Of a DNA stretch of 64,000 nucleotides, positions 1-13,880 are shown one piece after another. The translations under genes and the position numbers were made by a program. Under the pieces are notes generated by a model. That model ran no database searches. It worked only from the letters and a program-made list of their open reading frames with translations, and was not told the DNA's origin. The stretch is from Leucoraja ocellata (Eukaryota), in assembly GCA_036785375.1 (NCBI GenBank), contig JAWMAR010000115.1, positions 4,154,001-4,218,000 on the forward strand, given 5' to 3'. Position 1 is the first letter of the stretch; the number at the start of each line of letters is the position of its first letter.

Positions 1-194
1 TGAAGCCTGCTTATCCAGAGCTATGAAGATTACAGACTATGATTGATCAAAACAAAAAAATAACCAGGTCCTTTCAATAATTCAGCTTTGGAACCGTCAT
101 CACGGTCTTCTGGGAGTGAACAGCACCCATTGTCATTTGGATTAAAATACAAAAATATAATTCCCTTCCAGTAATTATACCTTATTATCAGTCT

Positions 195-820
195 TATCAG
201 TGTTCCCGTCGTGAACATTATCTACCAGTTCCGGTGTTCCTGATGTGGGCTCCTGTACATTGGCGCAACCAAGTGTATGCTCGGCGACCATTTTGATGAA
301 CACTCGTGCTCGGTCCGCCAACTGGATCTCCCGGTTACGAACCACTCTATCTCCCCTTGCTATTCCCATACTGACCTTTGTGGGCTGGGCCTCCTTTAGT
401 GCCAGAATAAAACCTCACTAAATAGGAGGAACAGCACCCAACGGTATGAACGTTGAATTATCCAATTCTAGGTAAATTCTACCTAAATGTCCCTCCCTCT
501 TCTCACCCCTGCCCCCCCCCCGCCCCCCCCCCCGCTCTCGCACTAAATGTCGCTTAACTAGATCCACAGTTCATAACTATTCATCCCTCTTGGGCTCACA
601 CCTGTCTCTAGCCACAATTAGCATATCAGGGAACCTCCTTGCCTGAGGTAATCTATTGCCAGCCCTGATTTGTCCTGTATTTCTTTGCTCCAGATATTTC
701 CCCCACTCACCCTACCACAATCAGCCGGAAGGGTTCCCCCCTGAAATGTCACCTGAATCAATTTTCTCCAGAGATGCTGCCTGTATGCTAATGTCACTCC
801 AGCATTTTGTGTCTATCAGT
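195..820 (+). mobile_element. Penelope-like element 3' fragment (decayed GIY-YIG endonuclease followed by terminal repeat)
   Basis: From ~238 it translates as S*CGLLYIGATKCMLGDHFDEHSCSVRQLDLPVTNH, matching the YIGxT..R..EH GIY-YIG pattern of Penelope elements. A C-rich tract follows, then the abundant 'gaaatgtcacc...ctccagagatgctgcctg...ctccagcattttgtgtctatc' repeat. Boundaries approximate. Confidence 0.75.
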
Positions 821-2089
821 CTTATGTGTTTTAATGCCATTCATTACAATATGGTGGCAGTATGGTTATTATATCAAGCAATCATTGTGAATTTTCAAAT
901 CTGTGGATGCCTACCAAAACAAACCTGTTCATTATGCTTGTAAATTAATTTTTAATCCTACTTCATTCTTATAATGCAATTAATTAAATAGAAAACTCAT
1001 CAATTTTCCCAACTTGGTTTTAACATAACCAAATTTCCACTGCTCTAATAAGAGTATTTTAAAATGTATTGAACTTTTTTGTTTGTTTACTATATATGTT
1101 ATTAGGTATTGTGTTTACAGACCTGTTATGCTGCTGCAAGTAAGAATTTCATTATTCCGTTTCGGTACGTATGGCAATTAAACCCTCTTGACTCTCAGTC
1201 TACTTATGTTTTGTTACTTCATTTGAGTTCCCATTATGCCCAGGAACATCAAAAATACTGTTAGCTGATGGAACATTCAGTCACAGTGCAAATAGACAGC
1301 TTCATGAAAGGATTTTTACTACCCATTTTATTCACGCACAGAAGTCTTTGCATTGATGAGATGTCAAGAGCATCAGTGGAAACCATGTATTCTGAAAGGT
1401 ATAATGCACAGTTTGCTCATCTAAATCAAACACAAAGTGATTGCAAGTGGGTTACCTTGCCATTTTACAGGGATCTATTGCAGACTGTTAAGGCTAATTT
1501 CCTGACTACAAGTGCTTCAAATTCTGAGCTGGGTAAAAACCAATGATTTGTACAAGGACTCTGTGTGAACACCTCCAGGGACTCAGGATATCATGCCGAG
1601 GAGGTCAGGAAAGCAGCAATTTACAGAGTCAATCATCGCTCACAAGAAGATCAATATAATTTAATGATGTACTGAGGACCGACTCAAGGGAGGCAATTTT
1701 CATGTTTGAATCTAAACTGGTGGATGTAGCAAGCGGAGAGATGCACACTTACTAAATGTTTCAAGTGAAAATACAACAATGATATCCGCTTCATTGGCTC
1801 CATCAACAATTCAGTTTGAACAGCATCTTCAATTCAGTAAAGCATTCCAAAGGGCTTTACTAGAAATTCAACAAACATTTTTTCTCACTGAACCACAAAA
1901 GAGATATTAGGAAATGTGACTCAAAGCATGGTAAACAATGCCGTTTGAAGAGAAGCAAGACAAATAATCATGGCTGTTTATTCAAGGTATTGACATAATT
2001 GCAAACTAATAATCACACGGCTTAACAAGAAATAACACATTTTTTTAAATCATTGCTTCGTGCAAACCCAGCCTGTAACATCTCAGGCT

Positions 2090-3395
2090 TTGGTTTATTA
2101 TCGTCACAGGTACCAAGATACATTTAAATATTATCCAATCAAATCAGATAATACTGTAAGAATACAATCAAGCCAAATTAAATACAAAAGGCAGACGCAA
2201 GAAAAAGAGTGCAGACTATAGTTTCTCAACATTGTAGCATAACAGTTGCAGAGAAAAAGTCCAATGTTTGTAATGAGGTAGGTTGGAGAATCGGGTCTGT
2301 ACCTTTGCTTATGGAAGGACTGTTCTAGTGGTATGTGCTTTCAAGCTTCTGATTCTTCTGCCAACGGGCGTGGGGAGAAGGAACGACCAAGGTGAGAAAG
2401 GCCTTGATCATGTTGACTGCCTTTCCAAGGCAGCATGAAGTGTAGACGGAGTCAACGGTGGGGAGTCTAATCTGTGTGACGGAAGGGCTACTTCCACAAC
2501 TCTGTAATTTCTTGCGGTTTGGGCAAAGCTGTTCCCATGCAAGCACCAATGCTACCTGACTGTGCTCTCTACATTGCATCTGGAGAAGTTTGTATGTCGT
2601 TGTGAGATGTTGAATTTCTTCATCTCCTGAAGATTTTAAGATGTTGGTGTGCATTTTCGATTGTCACTTCAATGTGGTTGATCAATGACAGATTGTTTAT
2701 AATATTTATGCCAAGGAATTTATCCATCTAGATAATAAGGACACCAACGTCAGACTGCTATTTGTTGACAAAGGCTCTGCCTTCAACACTTAAGCCCAAA
2801 CAAACGCATCTCCCAACTCCTGGACCTAGGAGTCAGTGCCCCCCTCTGTAAATGGATTCATAGCCCAAATCAACAAGGATTGGTGATAAAACATCCTTCA
2901 GGATAATCCTCAATGCCGGTGCCCACAAGGTTGCATTCTCAGCCCCTGACCACACGCTACATACACTCCATTTATAAGTTTGCAGATTACACCACAGTAC
3001 AGGCCCAGACCTCAAACAATGTTGAGATGAAGTACAGGAAGGAGATGGACAAGAGAAAAACCTCACCCTGGATGTCAGCAAAATGAAGAAACTGGTTACT
3101 GACTTCAGGTGGCAGGGTGGAAATAGTCGTGGGCTTCATGTTCCGATGCATAAATATCACCAACAATTTGTCCTGATTCAACCACATTGACGCAATGGCC
3201 AAGAAAGTGTGCCAATTCCTCAAAAAAATATTGCATGTCTCCGATAATTCTTATCATTATCTACAGATGCTCCATTTAAAAATATCCAATCAGAATGAAT
3301 CCAACCTTGTTTGACAAATGCTTTGTCCCAAACCATCAAAATTTGCAGGGAGTTGTGGATGTTGCCCAGTCCATCACACATACCAGCCTTAACCT
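2090..3395. mobile_element. Two decayed Rex1/Babar-like LINE fragments (about 2090-2720 minus, 2735-3395 plus)
   Basis: At ~2752 + reads RLLFVDKGSAFNT, resembling the Rex1/Babar RT motif RxLFxDxSSAFNT. The minus-strand part resembles the 3' end shared with the copies at ~22.5, ~33.4 and ~53.3 kb. Boundaries approximate. Confidence 0.55.
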
Positions 3396-4248
3396 TCCCT
3401 CCCCCCACCCCCTCCCCTCACCCCCTCCACCACCCCCCCCCCCCCAACCACCCCCCACACCACCTTACCAACTCAATATCCAAGACAAAGTTGAAATCTC
3501 AATGTCTAAGGACATTTCTGAGATTCAATTTATGCGCCCAAGTGGTAAATTCAAAATGGAAGCATTGAAATGGTACCATGATTTAACCCACCACATCTCT
3601 ATCATCTGAAAACAAGCTACCAACCTAGTATTCTGTGGCAGTCTCAAAGTCCTGCAGGTCATGACTCAAGAACGTGCCTATTTATCAGGGAGACTCAGGA
3701 CCGCAGTTGCTGGAATCCTGAGCGAAAAACAAAGTACTTGAGGAACACAACAGTTCAGGCACCATCTGTCGAGGGATCTGAGGACTGTTTATCAGGGATT
3801 AGGAGTGTGAGGAACTTCAAAAACATTAACCCTCTGATAACAGTGCCAGCAATAAAGGAAGGGACAGTGGGCTGATAAGAGGCAAGCTGTGCTCAGGAAC
3901 TGGGTCTCTTATCTGAAACAACCAAACACACGCTACTGTTGTTGGGAGAAGGAAAGGGCTACGGTAAAGAGGCATTACAATAGACGTGTTCTTCCTGCAG
4001 GATATGATTAATTGGTTGTCCTCCATTTCCTAGCCTGGACAATGCAACCAGTGCTTAACCCTTTTATCCAGCGCTACCCACACTACACCAAGGTGATGGA
4101 GACCAGGGATGATAGACTTGGGCAATGGAGGGAACTAATGGCTGAGTTAGAGAGAATATGTTACAGGAGAATAAATGGGGGGGGGGGGGGGGGGGGGGGA
4201 ACAAGACTGATGGGACTGACACAACTCAATAAGGCACAATAAGTCATA

Positions 4249-4527
4249 AGGCACAGGGTAGAGTTGCTGCCTTCCAGTGCCGGAGAACGGAGTTCAATCC
4301 TGACTACAAGTGCTGTCTGCAGGGAGTTTGTACGTTCTCCCTGTGATCACATGGGTTTTCCCTGGATGCTCCGGTTTCCTCTCACACTCCAAAGATGTAC
4401 AGGCTTGTAGATTAATTGGGTTTGGTCAAAATTGTAAATTGTCCTTCATGTGTAATGTGTGCTAGTGCAATGGGGATCGCTGGTCAGCACAGACTCAGTG
4501 GGCTGAAGGGCCTCTATCAGCGCTGTA
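4249..4527 (+). mobile_element. tRNA-derived SINE (HE1/V-SINE-like)
   Basis: Head ggcacagggtagagttgctgcc with B-box gttcaatcc, core 'tgctgtctg..ggagtttgtacgttctccc', and CR1-like tail 'ggactcagtgggctgaagggcct'. Confidence 0.8.
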
Positions 4528-7229
4528 GCTGTGTGGGAGGCAGAAAAAAAACTTTGTCTGATTTATCATTTTCTTTTTATGCAAATCAACTTCTGCAGTT
4601 CCGTTTCTACAAGCAAGGAGCTTTGGAAGGCACCATATAACTAGACTCCATTATGCCATTATTTCATCACCCCAACTGATATACTGTTCAGTCTCTTGAT
4701 GCAGTTGCTAAAATACAACTGTGCCAAAGTGGTTCAGATGTCCAATTTATAGCCCATTTGTCTTGATTAACAATCCAGCCATCAGATTTCAACTCCCACC
4801 ATAGCTGCTCTGGAATTTAATTTCTGTTAATAATCTGGAATTTGCACAACAACTGTCCACAGTAATGAAAACCACAAATATTGCCTGTCTCAGCACACAG
4901 TGAATCAGTCGCCATGGGAAAATAATTGCGTCTCCCCGACCTCTGAAGATGACAAAACACAGACCACTGTACATCATCAGAGACAGGGTTAGAGACAGTG
5001 TACACTGTCAAAACAGCAAGTCACCCAATTCTTGAAGCATATTGGATTAAATGATCATGGAACCTAAATGTGTTGTTTTGACCAATGTTCCGCTCTTTCT
5101 TGGAACGCTTGGCTTAGTAAACTGCCAAGGAGGCCGTTTATCACATAACTTTCCAAAATGAGTTAGTTACAAGAAGATAATGACTGCAGAGAGAATTGGA
5201 GCAGAATACAAACCAGTCCTAACATTCAAACTTACAAGGACAGAACAATATTAAGCCCAAACTATACCTGCGATATTAGCCACACCCCCCCCCCCTTTCT
5301 CTCCCCCTTTTCTCCCCCCATCCCCCCAACTTCTCTTGCCCTCTCCCCCCCGCCACACTTTCCTGTGCATCACCTGGATGCACACCCATTTCACCCAGTA
5401 TCCCACCCCATTTCTCCTTGGCGCCTCCACCTACGTCCTCTTCCACCTTTATCCCTTCCTCTAGCTTCACATTTCACTCCCCTTCTCTCCTTATCTGACA
5501 CCCACTTTTCATCTGTAGCCTTCCCCAGCCACCTGCCATTCAAATATACCTATCACTTGCCAGACTTTGTCCAACTCCCCCCTCTCTTCCACCTTTCTCC
5601 TCCTCACTACAATCAGTCTGAAGAAGGGTCCTAACACAAAACATCGCCGCTCCGTGTCCTCTCGAGATGCTGCCTGACCAGTTAAGTCATTCTAGCAATT
5701 GTGTTTAAATTTGCCAATAATTGATCTTTAACATGAAAAATTTGTTACCATGCCAGTCAGGTCTAGGAGTCCATCATTGACATTGTTGAAATCAACAGGT
5801 GCTGCCTCCTGTTAACGGGTACAAATGTAGCCAGTAATAAATTGTGTTATTTGTATTCTTGCTTCCTAATCAAGGCATGGGTTTAGAATTTCAGAAACTT
5901 TAGTTTGGATCGGTACTCATGGGCTGCTGCAATGTTAAAGATGTCATCTTTTGGAAGGGACACAAATTCAAGATCCCTCTTGGGTCCATAATATAGATGC
6001 TGCAGTTATCCAAGTATCCCAACCAATATTCATCCCCAAACAACATAACTGATTATTTGGTATAACCCAATATTCTGTTTGTTGACAATTGTTGCCACTA
6101 AATTGGTGCTTGCAATTCCTCCTCTACATGTGACCGTACACTCAGAAGTATGTCAACATCTGCAACGCACTACAGAACATTACAAGATGGGTATGAAGAG
6201 TACTATAGATATACAAGTCACTCCCTTTCTTTCCCGGATCCTAGCATAGCGTGCAAAACTATTCTTACAGTCCTGCCGAGAAGCAAGTTAATGCGCTTGC
6301 ATATATTCAATAACAAATTGCTCCTTCTCACTGACAGCAGAACTAAAACGATGGGCGTCAAAATTCAAAGGGATCAAAGCCCACAGGAATAAGATAATTT
6401 GCCAAGAACCATGTGTAAAGAGAGATCAATAGTGGTAACCACATATTTGGAAGATAAATTATAAAATAAAAAAAAACACAAGCAGCTCCCAGCAATCTTT
6501 CACTGCTCCCACAGCACTGGGGCACGCAGAGTAAATTAACCATCGGCTCATCTGAATCAGTGGCTGCACTTCCAGCAACTTGAAGCGGAGCTGGAATGCA
6601 CTTGCTCTTGACTGAACTTGTTCCAACAGGTTGAATGTCTGGCTTGGTAATGTCATGACTAAGTTCCTCACATACCATTCCGACACTATAAATGTAAGAC
6701 GCCCTTAAAGAGGTGTTTTAGGATAGGTTCAAAATTGCATTCTCATTCTGACCGTGGCTTTTTTATTAAATATAAAAGAACATGATGAATAAGCATTAAA
6801 TCAAGTTACATGGACCTGACTGGTCAGAGTTGCACAGTACCAAAAACTGACATTTTGACCTAACTTGTCCGTGCCGACCAACGTGTATTCCAGAGCTAGT
6901 CCCATATCGCTTGAAATCTTTCCTATTCATTCACCTGTCCAAATTGTTAATTGTGGCTCTGCAAAATAATTTTTGATTCCATTCTCATAATCATAATCAT
7001 ACTTTATTAGCCAAGTATGTTTTACAACATACGAGGAATTGGACCAGAGCAAGGACTTCAGATATCTTGCTATGTCCTCCCCTCCCATCCATGTCAAGAG
7101 TACTTGGAAGTTAAAACATGCACCAATGCCATTGATAACATTCATGTCACATTCAGCTTTGAGCAATGGTCTGTATCCTTCGCTATCTCTCTGAAGGGTT
7201 CCAAGATAAATCCAGACTCCAGCACATTT

Positions 7230-7510
7230 TAGTTTTTAGAGATACAGCACAGGAAACTAGCCCTTCCTTCCACCGAATCTGCACTGACCAGCGATCCCCG
7301 TACACTGGTTCTATCCTAGTCTAGGAACAATTTACAATTTTTATTAACCTTTAAAGCTTAACATCTTTGGAGTGTGGGAGGAAACCAGAGAAACCCCTTA
7401 TGGTCATGGGGAGAACATACAAACTCCGTACAGACAGCCCCTTAGTCAGTATCGAACCCGGGTCTCTGGCGCTGCAAGGCAACAACTCTGTTGTTGAGCC
7501 ACCATGCCAC
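7230..7510 (-). mobile_element. HE1/V-SINE-like SINE
   Basis: Reverse complement of the SINE family seen at 13567-13880. Confidence 0.75.
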
Positions 7511-8119
7511 CCTCTTTATGTCATGTTATCTTATGTTATGTTATTTTATGGAATCATAGACATTTATAACACAAGAGATGGTGTTTCAGGCCGTTTGAAA
7601 AATTCCCAGCCTTGTAGGTTACAGCAGTTCAAATGGTCATTTATTTTATATTGTATTTTCATCCACCACATTTACAATTCGCTTTTCACATGTGTTTTCC
7701 TCAACTCTCACTTCCCTTTCAGTCTACCAACTTTAATCAATGCCCCTAATTACTGACCTTTCCCCTGTGCGATTTTGATCATTCTCTTCACCCTCTATAA
7801 TTTTACATACCTCAATAAAATTTCCCCTTTGATCCAAGCACTACAATCCCAGTCCATCTAGTCTCTTCCTTTACTTCTAGGGTTGTCAATTTTTAACAAA
7901 TATTCAATAGCTTAAAATTTCAACATTACTGACACCAGCTTTTAATTCCACAGCTGCCGTTACTGGATTTGAACTCACATCTCTGGAGTAATAGTCCAGG
8001 ATTCCACATCCTTTGAACATCTCTGTTGCCTCCTGTCCATTAACACATTGCATAAGCATTAACACGAGGCACAAATCTGCTGGGGAACCGACATCAACAG
8101 TAGAGCAAGACTAAATTCG

Positions 8120-8870
8120 GACACCACCAGGGGCGCCGGGGGAGATGGCCAGCCCTGCCGGCAGTCTGTTCGTTTTTTCATCTTTTTGTTATTTTTAGCA
8201 TCTGTTAAGAGTTTGTTTTAATGTACTTTGTTTTGTTTTATGTGGGGGGAAGGGGGAGGGGACAGGGGGGAAACTTTTTTTCAAGTTCTTACCTTCCTGG
8301 AGATGTGATCAATTTTTGGATCACATTCTCCGGGCTCTGCGGCCTACCATCGCTGGAGCTGGGAGACGCCTCGGCCTGTCGTGAGCCCCACTGCAGGGCG
8401 CGGACTTAACATCGGAGCGGATCCCTTGCCTGGGATCGCTCCCACCGCGGCCTGCGGACTTACCATCAAAGGTTCGCAGTCTTGGGAGAGGCTAGTCGGG
8501 ATCTCCAACGCCGCAGAAGGTTCGACCAGCCCTGACACGGGGTTCGATCGCCCGGCGCGGTGGAGCTGACAACCCCCCGATGCAGGAGCTGAACGCCTCG
8601 ACGCGGAGGGCCCGAACGCCGCCGGCTACGGGAGTCAAGATCATCCCGCCAACAGGGGCTCGAGGTCCACGACCAAGGAAGAACAAAAGGAAGGACTTGA
8701 ACTTTATTTTGCCTTCCATCACAGTGAGGAATGTGTAGGAGTCACTGTGGTGGATGTTCATGTTAAAATGTGTTTTTGAGTCTGTTGCTTTTAATGGTAT
8801 GGCTGACCTGGCCAGTGAAATTCCTCGTATGTTGCAAAACATATTTGGCGAATAGAATCTGATTCTGATT
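8120..8870 (+). repeat. GC-rich non-coding interspersed repeat (non-autonomous retroelement-like)
   Basis: Shares the blocks 'gcagtctgt', 'gcggactta(a/c)catc' and 'gccttccatcacagtgaggaatgtg' with 30600-31270. Ends in a short tandem tail (atctgattctgatt). Confidence 0.6.
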
Positions 8871-9254
8871 ACATCAATAATAAAAGTGCGGCTCCACTGG
8901 TTGAATTGAAAGCACATGTCACCTTTTATTTCTAATTTGTTTCTATGATATTTTTTTGGGAAAATCCTCGTAAATCCTCGTAAAAATATAGAAAATTAAT
9001 GCAAAAAACTGCATGGTTTTCATTAACATTCATAATGTCGTTCAGTCTATAAATTCATCACATTATTGATTTGATAAATTTGTACTGTTAGCACATTCTT
9101 TGTTCAGAACGCCACTCATCTCTTGGTAAAATCTTCAAGTGTTAGAGAAGCTTCTACACAGGGCTTAACCCGTCAGTGTCTGTGACAGAAGAACCTTAGA
9201 CTGCAGTCCTTCCCCACAAAGTGCTTTGAGTTGAGCTGACTGCACCAAGCTTCC

Positions 9255-9620
9255 GAAGGATGAGGGATCTTATTGAAACCTAGTGGATAATGAAAGGTCT
9301 AGATAGAGTGGACATGGAGAGTATGGGAGAGTAAAGTGCACAGCCTCAGAATAAAAGGACACACCTTTAGAATGCAGATGAGGAAGAATTTCATTAGTCA
9401 CTGAGCCTGTGGAAATCACTGATACAGACGGCGGTGGAAGCCACATCATTAGGCATGTTTAAAGCAGATATTGATAGGTTCTTGATTAGTAAAACTGTCA
9501 AAGGTTATGGAGAGAAGGCAGGAAATGGGTTTGAGAGGGAAAATTAGATCAGCCATGATCAAATGGCAGAACAGACTTGATGGGCTGAATGGGCTAATTC
9601 TGCTCTTAGGTCTTACGGTC
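9255..9620 (+). mobile_element. CR1 (HER1-like) LINE 3' fragment
   Basis: Contains 'gatcttattgaaac...gcacagcctcagaataaaagga...gagatgaggaagaatttc...aaagcagatattgataggttcttgattag...gggctgaatgggctaattctgctc', the typical elasmobranch CR1 3' end. Confidence 0.75.
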
Positions 9621-10104
9621 ATTTGCTTATGGACATCTTGTTGTACTAGACGACCAACATGGTTAATGTAGAAACAAGTGTATCGTTCACCGAGTTGGTG
9701 ATCATCCAGCAGAGTTCGATGTTTTACATTCACTGAAAAAGCAAGCAAAAGGGCAGGTTGTGGTGAAGGCGTGCGGAATTCTGTATGCTAGGATTTGTGT
9801 CAGCCTGCTAATTCAATAGCACTCTTGCCTCAGGGTTAATAACAGGCCTGTGACACAATAAACATAGGTAATATATAATAAACAAAAAATCTTAAATTAA
9901 AAAAATAATAACCGCATAAACAATAGCCCGAAGTGCAACCAAAGACAGTCCATTGTTAATTGGTTGATGTTGTGTACCTGATGGTTGCTGCAAAGAAGCT
10001 ATTTTTACAGGGTCAGAATTTTCAGACTCCCCTGCTTTCTTCCCGATGATTGGAGTGAAAGGAATGGGTGGCCAGGGTGGTGCGGCTCATACGAGTCATA
10101 TTTC

Positions 10105-10362
10105 GGTTTAGTTTAGCAACACAGCGTGGAAACAGGCCCCTTTGCCCGTCGGGTTCATACCCACCAGCACTCATCCATACACCAGTCCTATCCTACACAC
10201 TAGAGGCAATTTTATAGAAGGCAATTAACCTACAAGCCCGCACGTCTTTGGAATGTGGGGGTAAACCGGGGCACTAGGGGAAAACCCACGCAGTCACAGG
10301 GAGAACGTACAAACTCCGTACAGACAGCACCCATGGCCAGCATCGAACCCGGGTCTCTGGCG
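10105..10362 (-). mobile_element. HE1/V-SINE-like SINE (5' truncated)
   Basis: Reverse-complement match to the SINE core and tail. Confidence 0.75.
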
Positions 10363-11924
10363 TGCGGCATGGTGCTGGCCTTTGGGCTGCGTCACAAATC
10401 AAATCAACGTGAAAGATCCTACAACACAGAATTTGCATTTGTTGATGTGTAGGATATAGCTCTCAGGACTACAGGACTCAGTGGGCCAAAGTTCCTATTT
10501 CCATGCTGTATTTAGAAACTAAATGGTACAACTCTAGTTTTCTTTCATCTGCTCCAGTTGGAGACAAATCTCTGGCTATAGCGGATATTTAAAAAGTTTT
10601 GTCGGACAGCTTAGATATCCCTCAAGTGGCCAATGTCAACTATAGGTTGTACAACCAGTACTACAGGGAGAGTTTATTGACTGTTCATCCTCCTCAGCTC
10701 TCCAAGTGATGGATTGGTGCAGAAATAACATCACATTCCTCAACAAGTAGGCTGTTAAATTGCAGCTACAACATCTGAAGAATTTAACCCTTGATCCACA
10801 CTGAATAGCAACTGATTTGATCAGCAGACTTTTCCACGCTGACATCAATCAAAGTTCAAATCAGAACTGCAGCTCAAAGCAAGCAAGCTACTTTAAATTA
10901 TGCCTCCTCAGTAGCTCCTTCCCTCAGCGTGGAAACAGATGATTGATTTTCCCCAACACAAGTTCAGTTTGCTTGGCCCATCAATACTCGTGGAGGTGAA
11001 ATGATTTGGACCATATAGTCTATACAGTTCAGACAAAGTGCCACATTTATTCACTTCAAAATGATCCAAAACAGCAGAGACATTAGCAAAGTACAAGGAG
11101 TCACATAGTTCACAGTATATCAAAGTGCCACCAACTAAACAGCACTAAAATGGATTATATTGAACCACTTTCATCATAAATTGCGACTGTGATGAGCATA
11201 CTAAAGAGGTACCCTCAGCATTATTGCATATCGTCTAATGCATATCCCACTTTTAATGTCTGTGAGATTAATTTTTAAACCTTATTTCTTTTCAACCATC
11301 CTTGAACTGTTTGATAACCAAACACGTATTAACTCTGTAGGGGTGAAATTCATCTTTAGTCTTGCAAGCACTAATGGGAAATTGGTTATATTCACCATTA
11401 GATATTCAGTTCCACTGAAGCCAATAACCAAATGTGTTTGATTTCTACTGTCAGACAATATTCTTGTATGTGAAAGCCACGTTCCCCTATATCTTTGGAA
11501 CAAATATTTAGAGAGGAAGCTTTGTTAAAAGAATCAACACTTTGTCTATGCTGCAGCAAGGAGCCAAGCTCTTGATCATCAAAGCTTAGTAGTTAGCCTG
11601 ATGCTTACGGCTAAAACAAACACTCATGGACCACACCATCATGGAATCTTTTTTTTATAACAGCTTCCCTACACAAAGTTTGATTGCACAGATTAAAATA
11701 AAGTCCCATAGAACTGGCACTGAGAACATTAAAAGCATATAAAACAAACTGTTGGAGGAACTCAGCTGGTCAAGCAGCACCTGTGGAAGGAAATGGACAG
11801 ATGACATTTCACGTTGGAACCTTGTCTCAATCCAGACTGAACAATTTACATTAGTGCAGAAGTGTCATCAGATAAAACTGCTGCAAGCCCAATGATTGAA
11901 CTCAATTGTAGATTTCTTTTAGAT

Positions 11925-12215
11925 TTAGATTTAGAGGTACAGAGTGGAAACAGGCCCTTCGGTTCACTGAGGCAGCGCCGACCATCGATCATGCCATACA
12001 GTAGCATTATCCTACAAACTAGGGACAATTTACAGAAGCCAATTAACCTACAAGCCTGCACGTCTTTGGAATTTGGAAGAAAACGGGAGGACCCGGAGAA
12101 TATTAACGCTGTCACAGAGAGAACATGCAAACTTTGTACAGACAACATCTGTAGTCAGGAACAAACCCGGGTCCCTGGCGCTGTAAGGCAGCAATACCGC
12201 TGCACCACCGTGCCA
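11925..12215 (-). mobile_element. HE1/V-SINE-like SINE
   Basis: Full head-to-tail reverse-complement copy with a (tttaga)n tail. Confidence 0.8.
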
Positions 12216-13566
12216 CCAACCCACTGGTGTTGCCACTACCTCAAGTTCAAGAGAGTTTGTCATGTGTCCCTGATAGGACAATTAAATTCTTGCTTTGCTT
12301 CAGCACAACAGAACATAGTAGGCATTGACTGGAAAACACATGAATAAATAAACTGATAAAGAGCAAATAGCAAATGACGGGTTATTAATGTTCAGAGTTT
12401 TGTCCGAGCCAGGTTTAATAGCCTGACATAAACACCTCATTGACTTGTGGGGTTGAATGGCAAGTCCCTATACTGTAAAACCTGTGCAGCATGTGGTATG
12501 CATCTGAGCCCGAGGTTGGAAACATTCTGCATGTTCCAACCAAGGCGGCAGAACTTCCTTAAACCAACTCCACAAAATCGCAAGAAGCAGCAGAGCCATA
12601 AAAAACTTAGACTGAACTTATTTTTTTCTCTCCTCTGGACATCAATGTTTCCAACTTAATGCTTTTCCTCTGATTCACGCCAGTATCAGGCAAATAAAAA
12701 TCAGAGCCAAATTTAAACAAATGGGATTAGTTATGTGGAAATATAATGCTGGCTGTTACTGAAACCTGTCGATACAGATGGTTCACAAATTTCATCCTAG
12801 GTTAAGGAAACTAATCTGTGAAATTCCCCATGGAGTCACAACCAACACTCCCTCTGTCTCTCCCCGCACCCTCTTTAATCATCCCCAAGTCCATCATCTT
12901 CTTATTGACGACTGTAATGTGATAGAAACATATTGGGCCAATCATCCCAGACCGATTAGAAGAACTAAATAATCCTCACCCATCTCATGACACCGACTCT
13001 TGTCCTCATCTCACCTCCCAACCTAAGCAGCCATATTGCCCAGAAAGATAGTCGCAACCTTTAATTACAGAAATCCCACTCTAGAGATAGCCAAGAGCAG
13101 CTGGTTTTAACTCGAGTGAGTATACTGTGGGCCATTAGTACAAGACGGTGACAAACAAATCCAACAAACAGCTCAGAAGAAATGTCAACAGTTGGAGAAT
13201 GTTTAGGCTGGTTCAATTCACTATTGCATGGAGAAAGAAATCAAATACACAGAAGCATTTAAGAGGGCGCAAGATAATTAAGTGGGAAAAAGATGGGTGA
13301 AGTAGGCAAGGAGAAAGTCAGTACAGAACATAAACACCTCATTGAATTGTGGGGTTGAATGGCAAGTCCCTATACTGTAAACACTGTGCAGCATGTAGTA
13401 TGCAATAGTGTTTATTAAGAGGTCTACAATTTAAATTCACAAATCCATAGTGGAACATGGCTCATATATTGGCAGCTACAGAGGTGTCTTTAGAAATGTA
13501 AACAAAATCTTTAAATCGGGATAATGCAGAGGTTGATCTGAATTATAGGCATTTAACCAACACCTG

Positions 13567-13880
13567 GCGTGGTGGCACTGTGGTAGAGTTGCTGCCTTAC
13601 AGTGCTTGCAGCGCCGGGGACCTGGGTGCGATCCCGACTACGGGTGCTGCCTGTATGGAGTTTGCACATTCACCCCTTGGCCGCTTTGGTTTTCTCCGAG
13701 ACCTTCGGTTTCCTCCCACACTCCAACGACCTACAGGTTTGCAGGTTAATTGGCTTGGTATAAATGTAAATTGTTCCTAGTGTGTGTAAGATAGTGTTAA
13801 TGTGTGGGGATCACTTGTCGGTGCAGACTCGGTGGGCCGAAGGGCCTGTTTCCGCGCTGTATCTCTAAATTAAACTAAAC
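13567..13880 (+). mobile_element. HE1/V-SINE-like SINE, near full length
   Basis: Pol III A-box-like tggcactgtgg, B-box-like ggtgcgatccc, central V-SINE-like core, and CR1-derived tail 'ggtgggccgaagggcctgtttccgcgctgtatctctaaattaaactaaac'. Confidence 0.85.

Noticed and set aside
3295-3609. Polyproline ORF / C-rich tract
   Set aside because: Low-complexity C-run at the end of a LINE fragment; no splice or homology support.
4789-5011. Minus-strand ORFs with acceptor-like sites
   Set aside because: No convincing donor and no recognisable protein.
10560-11500. Unique sequence with several short ORFs
   Set aside because: No consistent frame, splice pair or homology recognised.
13567-13640. tRNA gene
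   Set aside because: It is the tRNA-derived head of a SINE, continuing into the SINE core and tail; no full cloverleaf.
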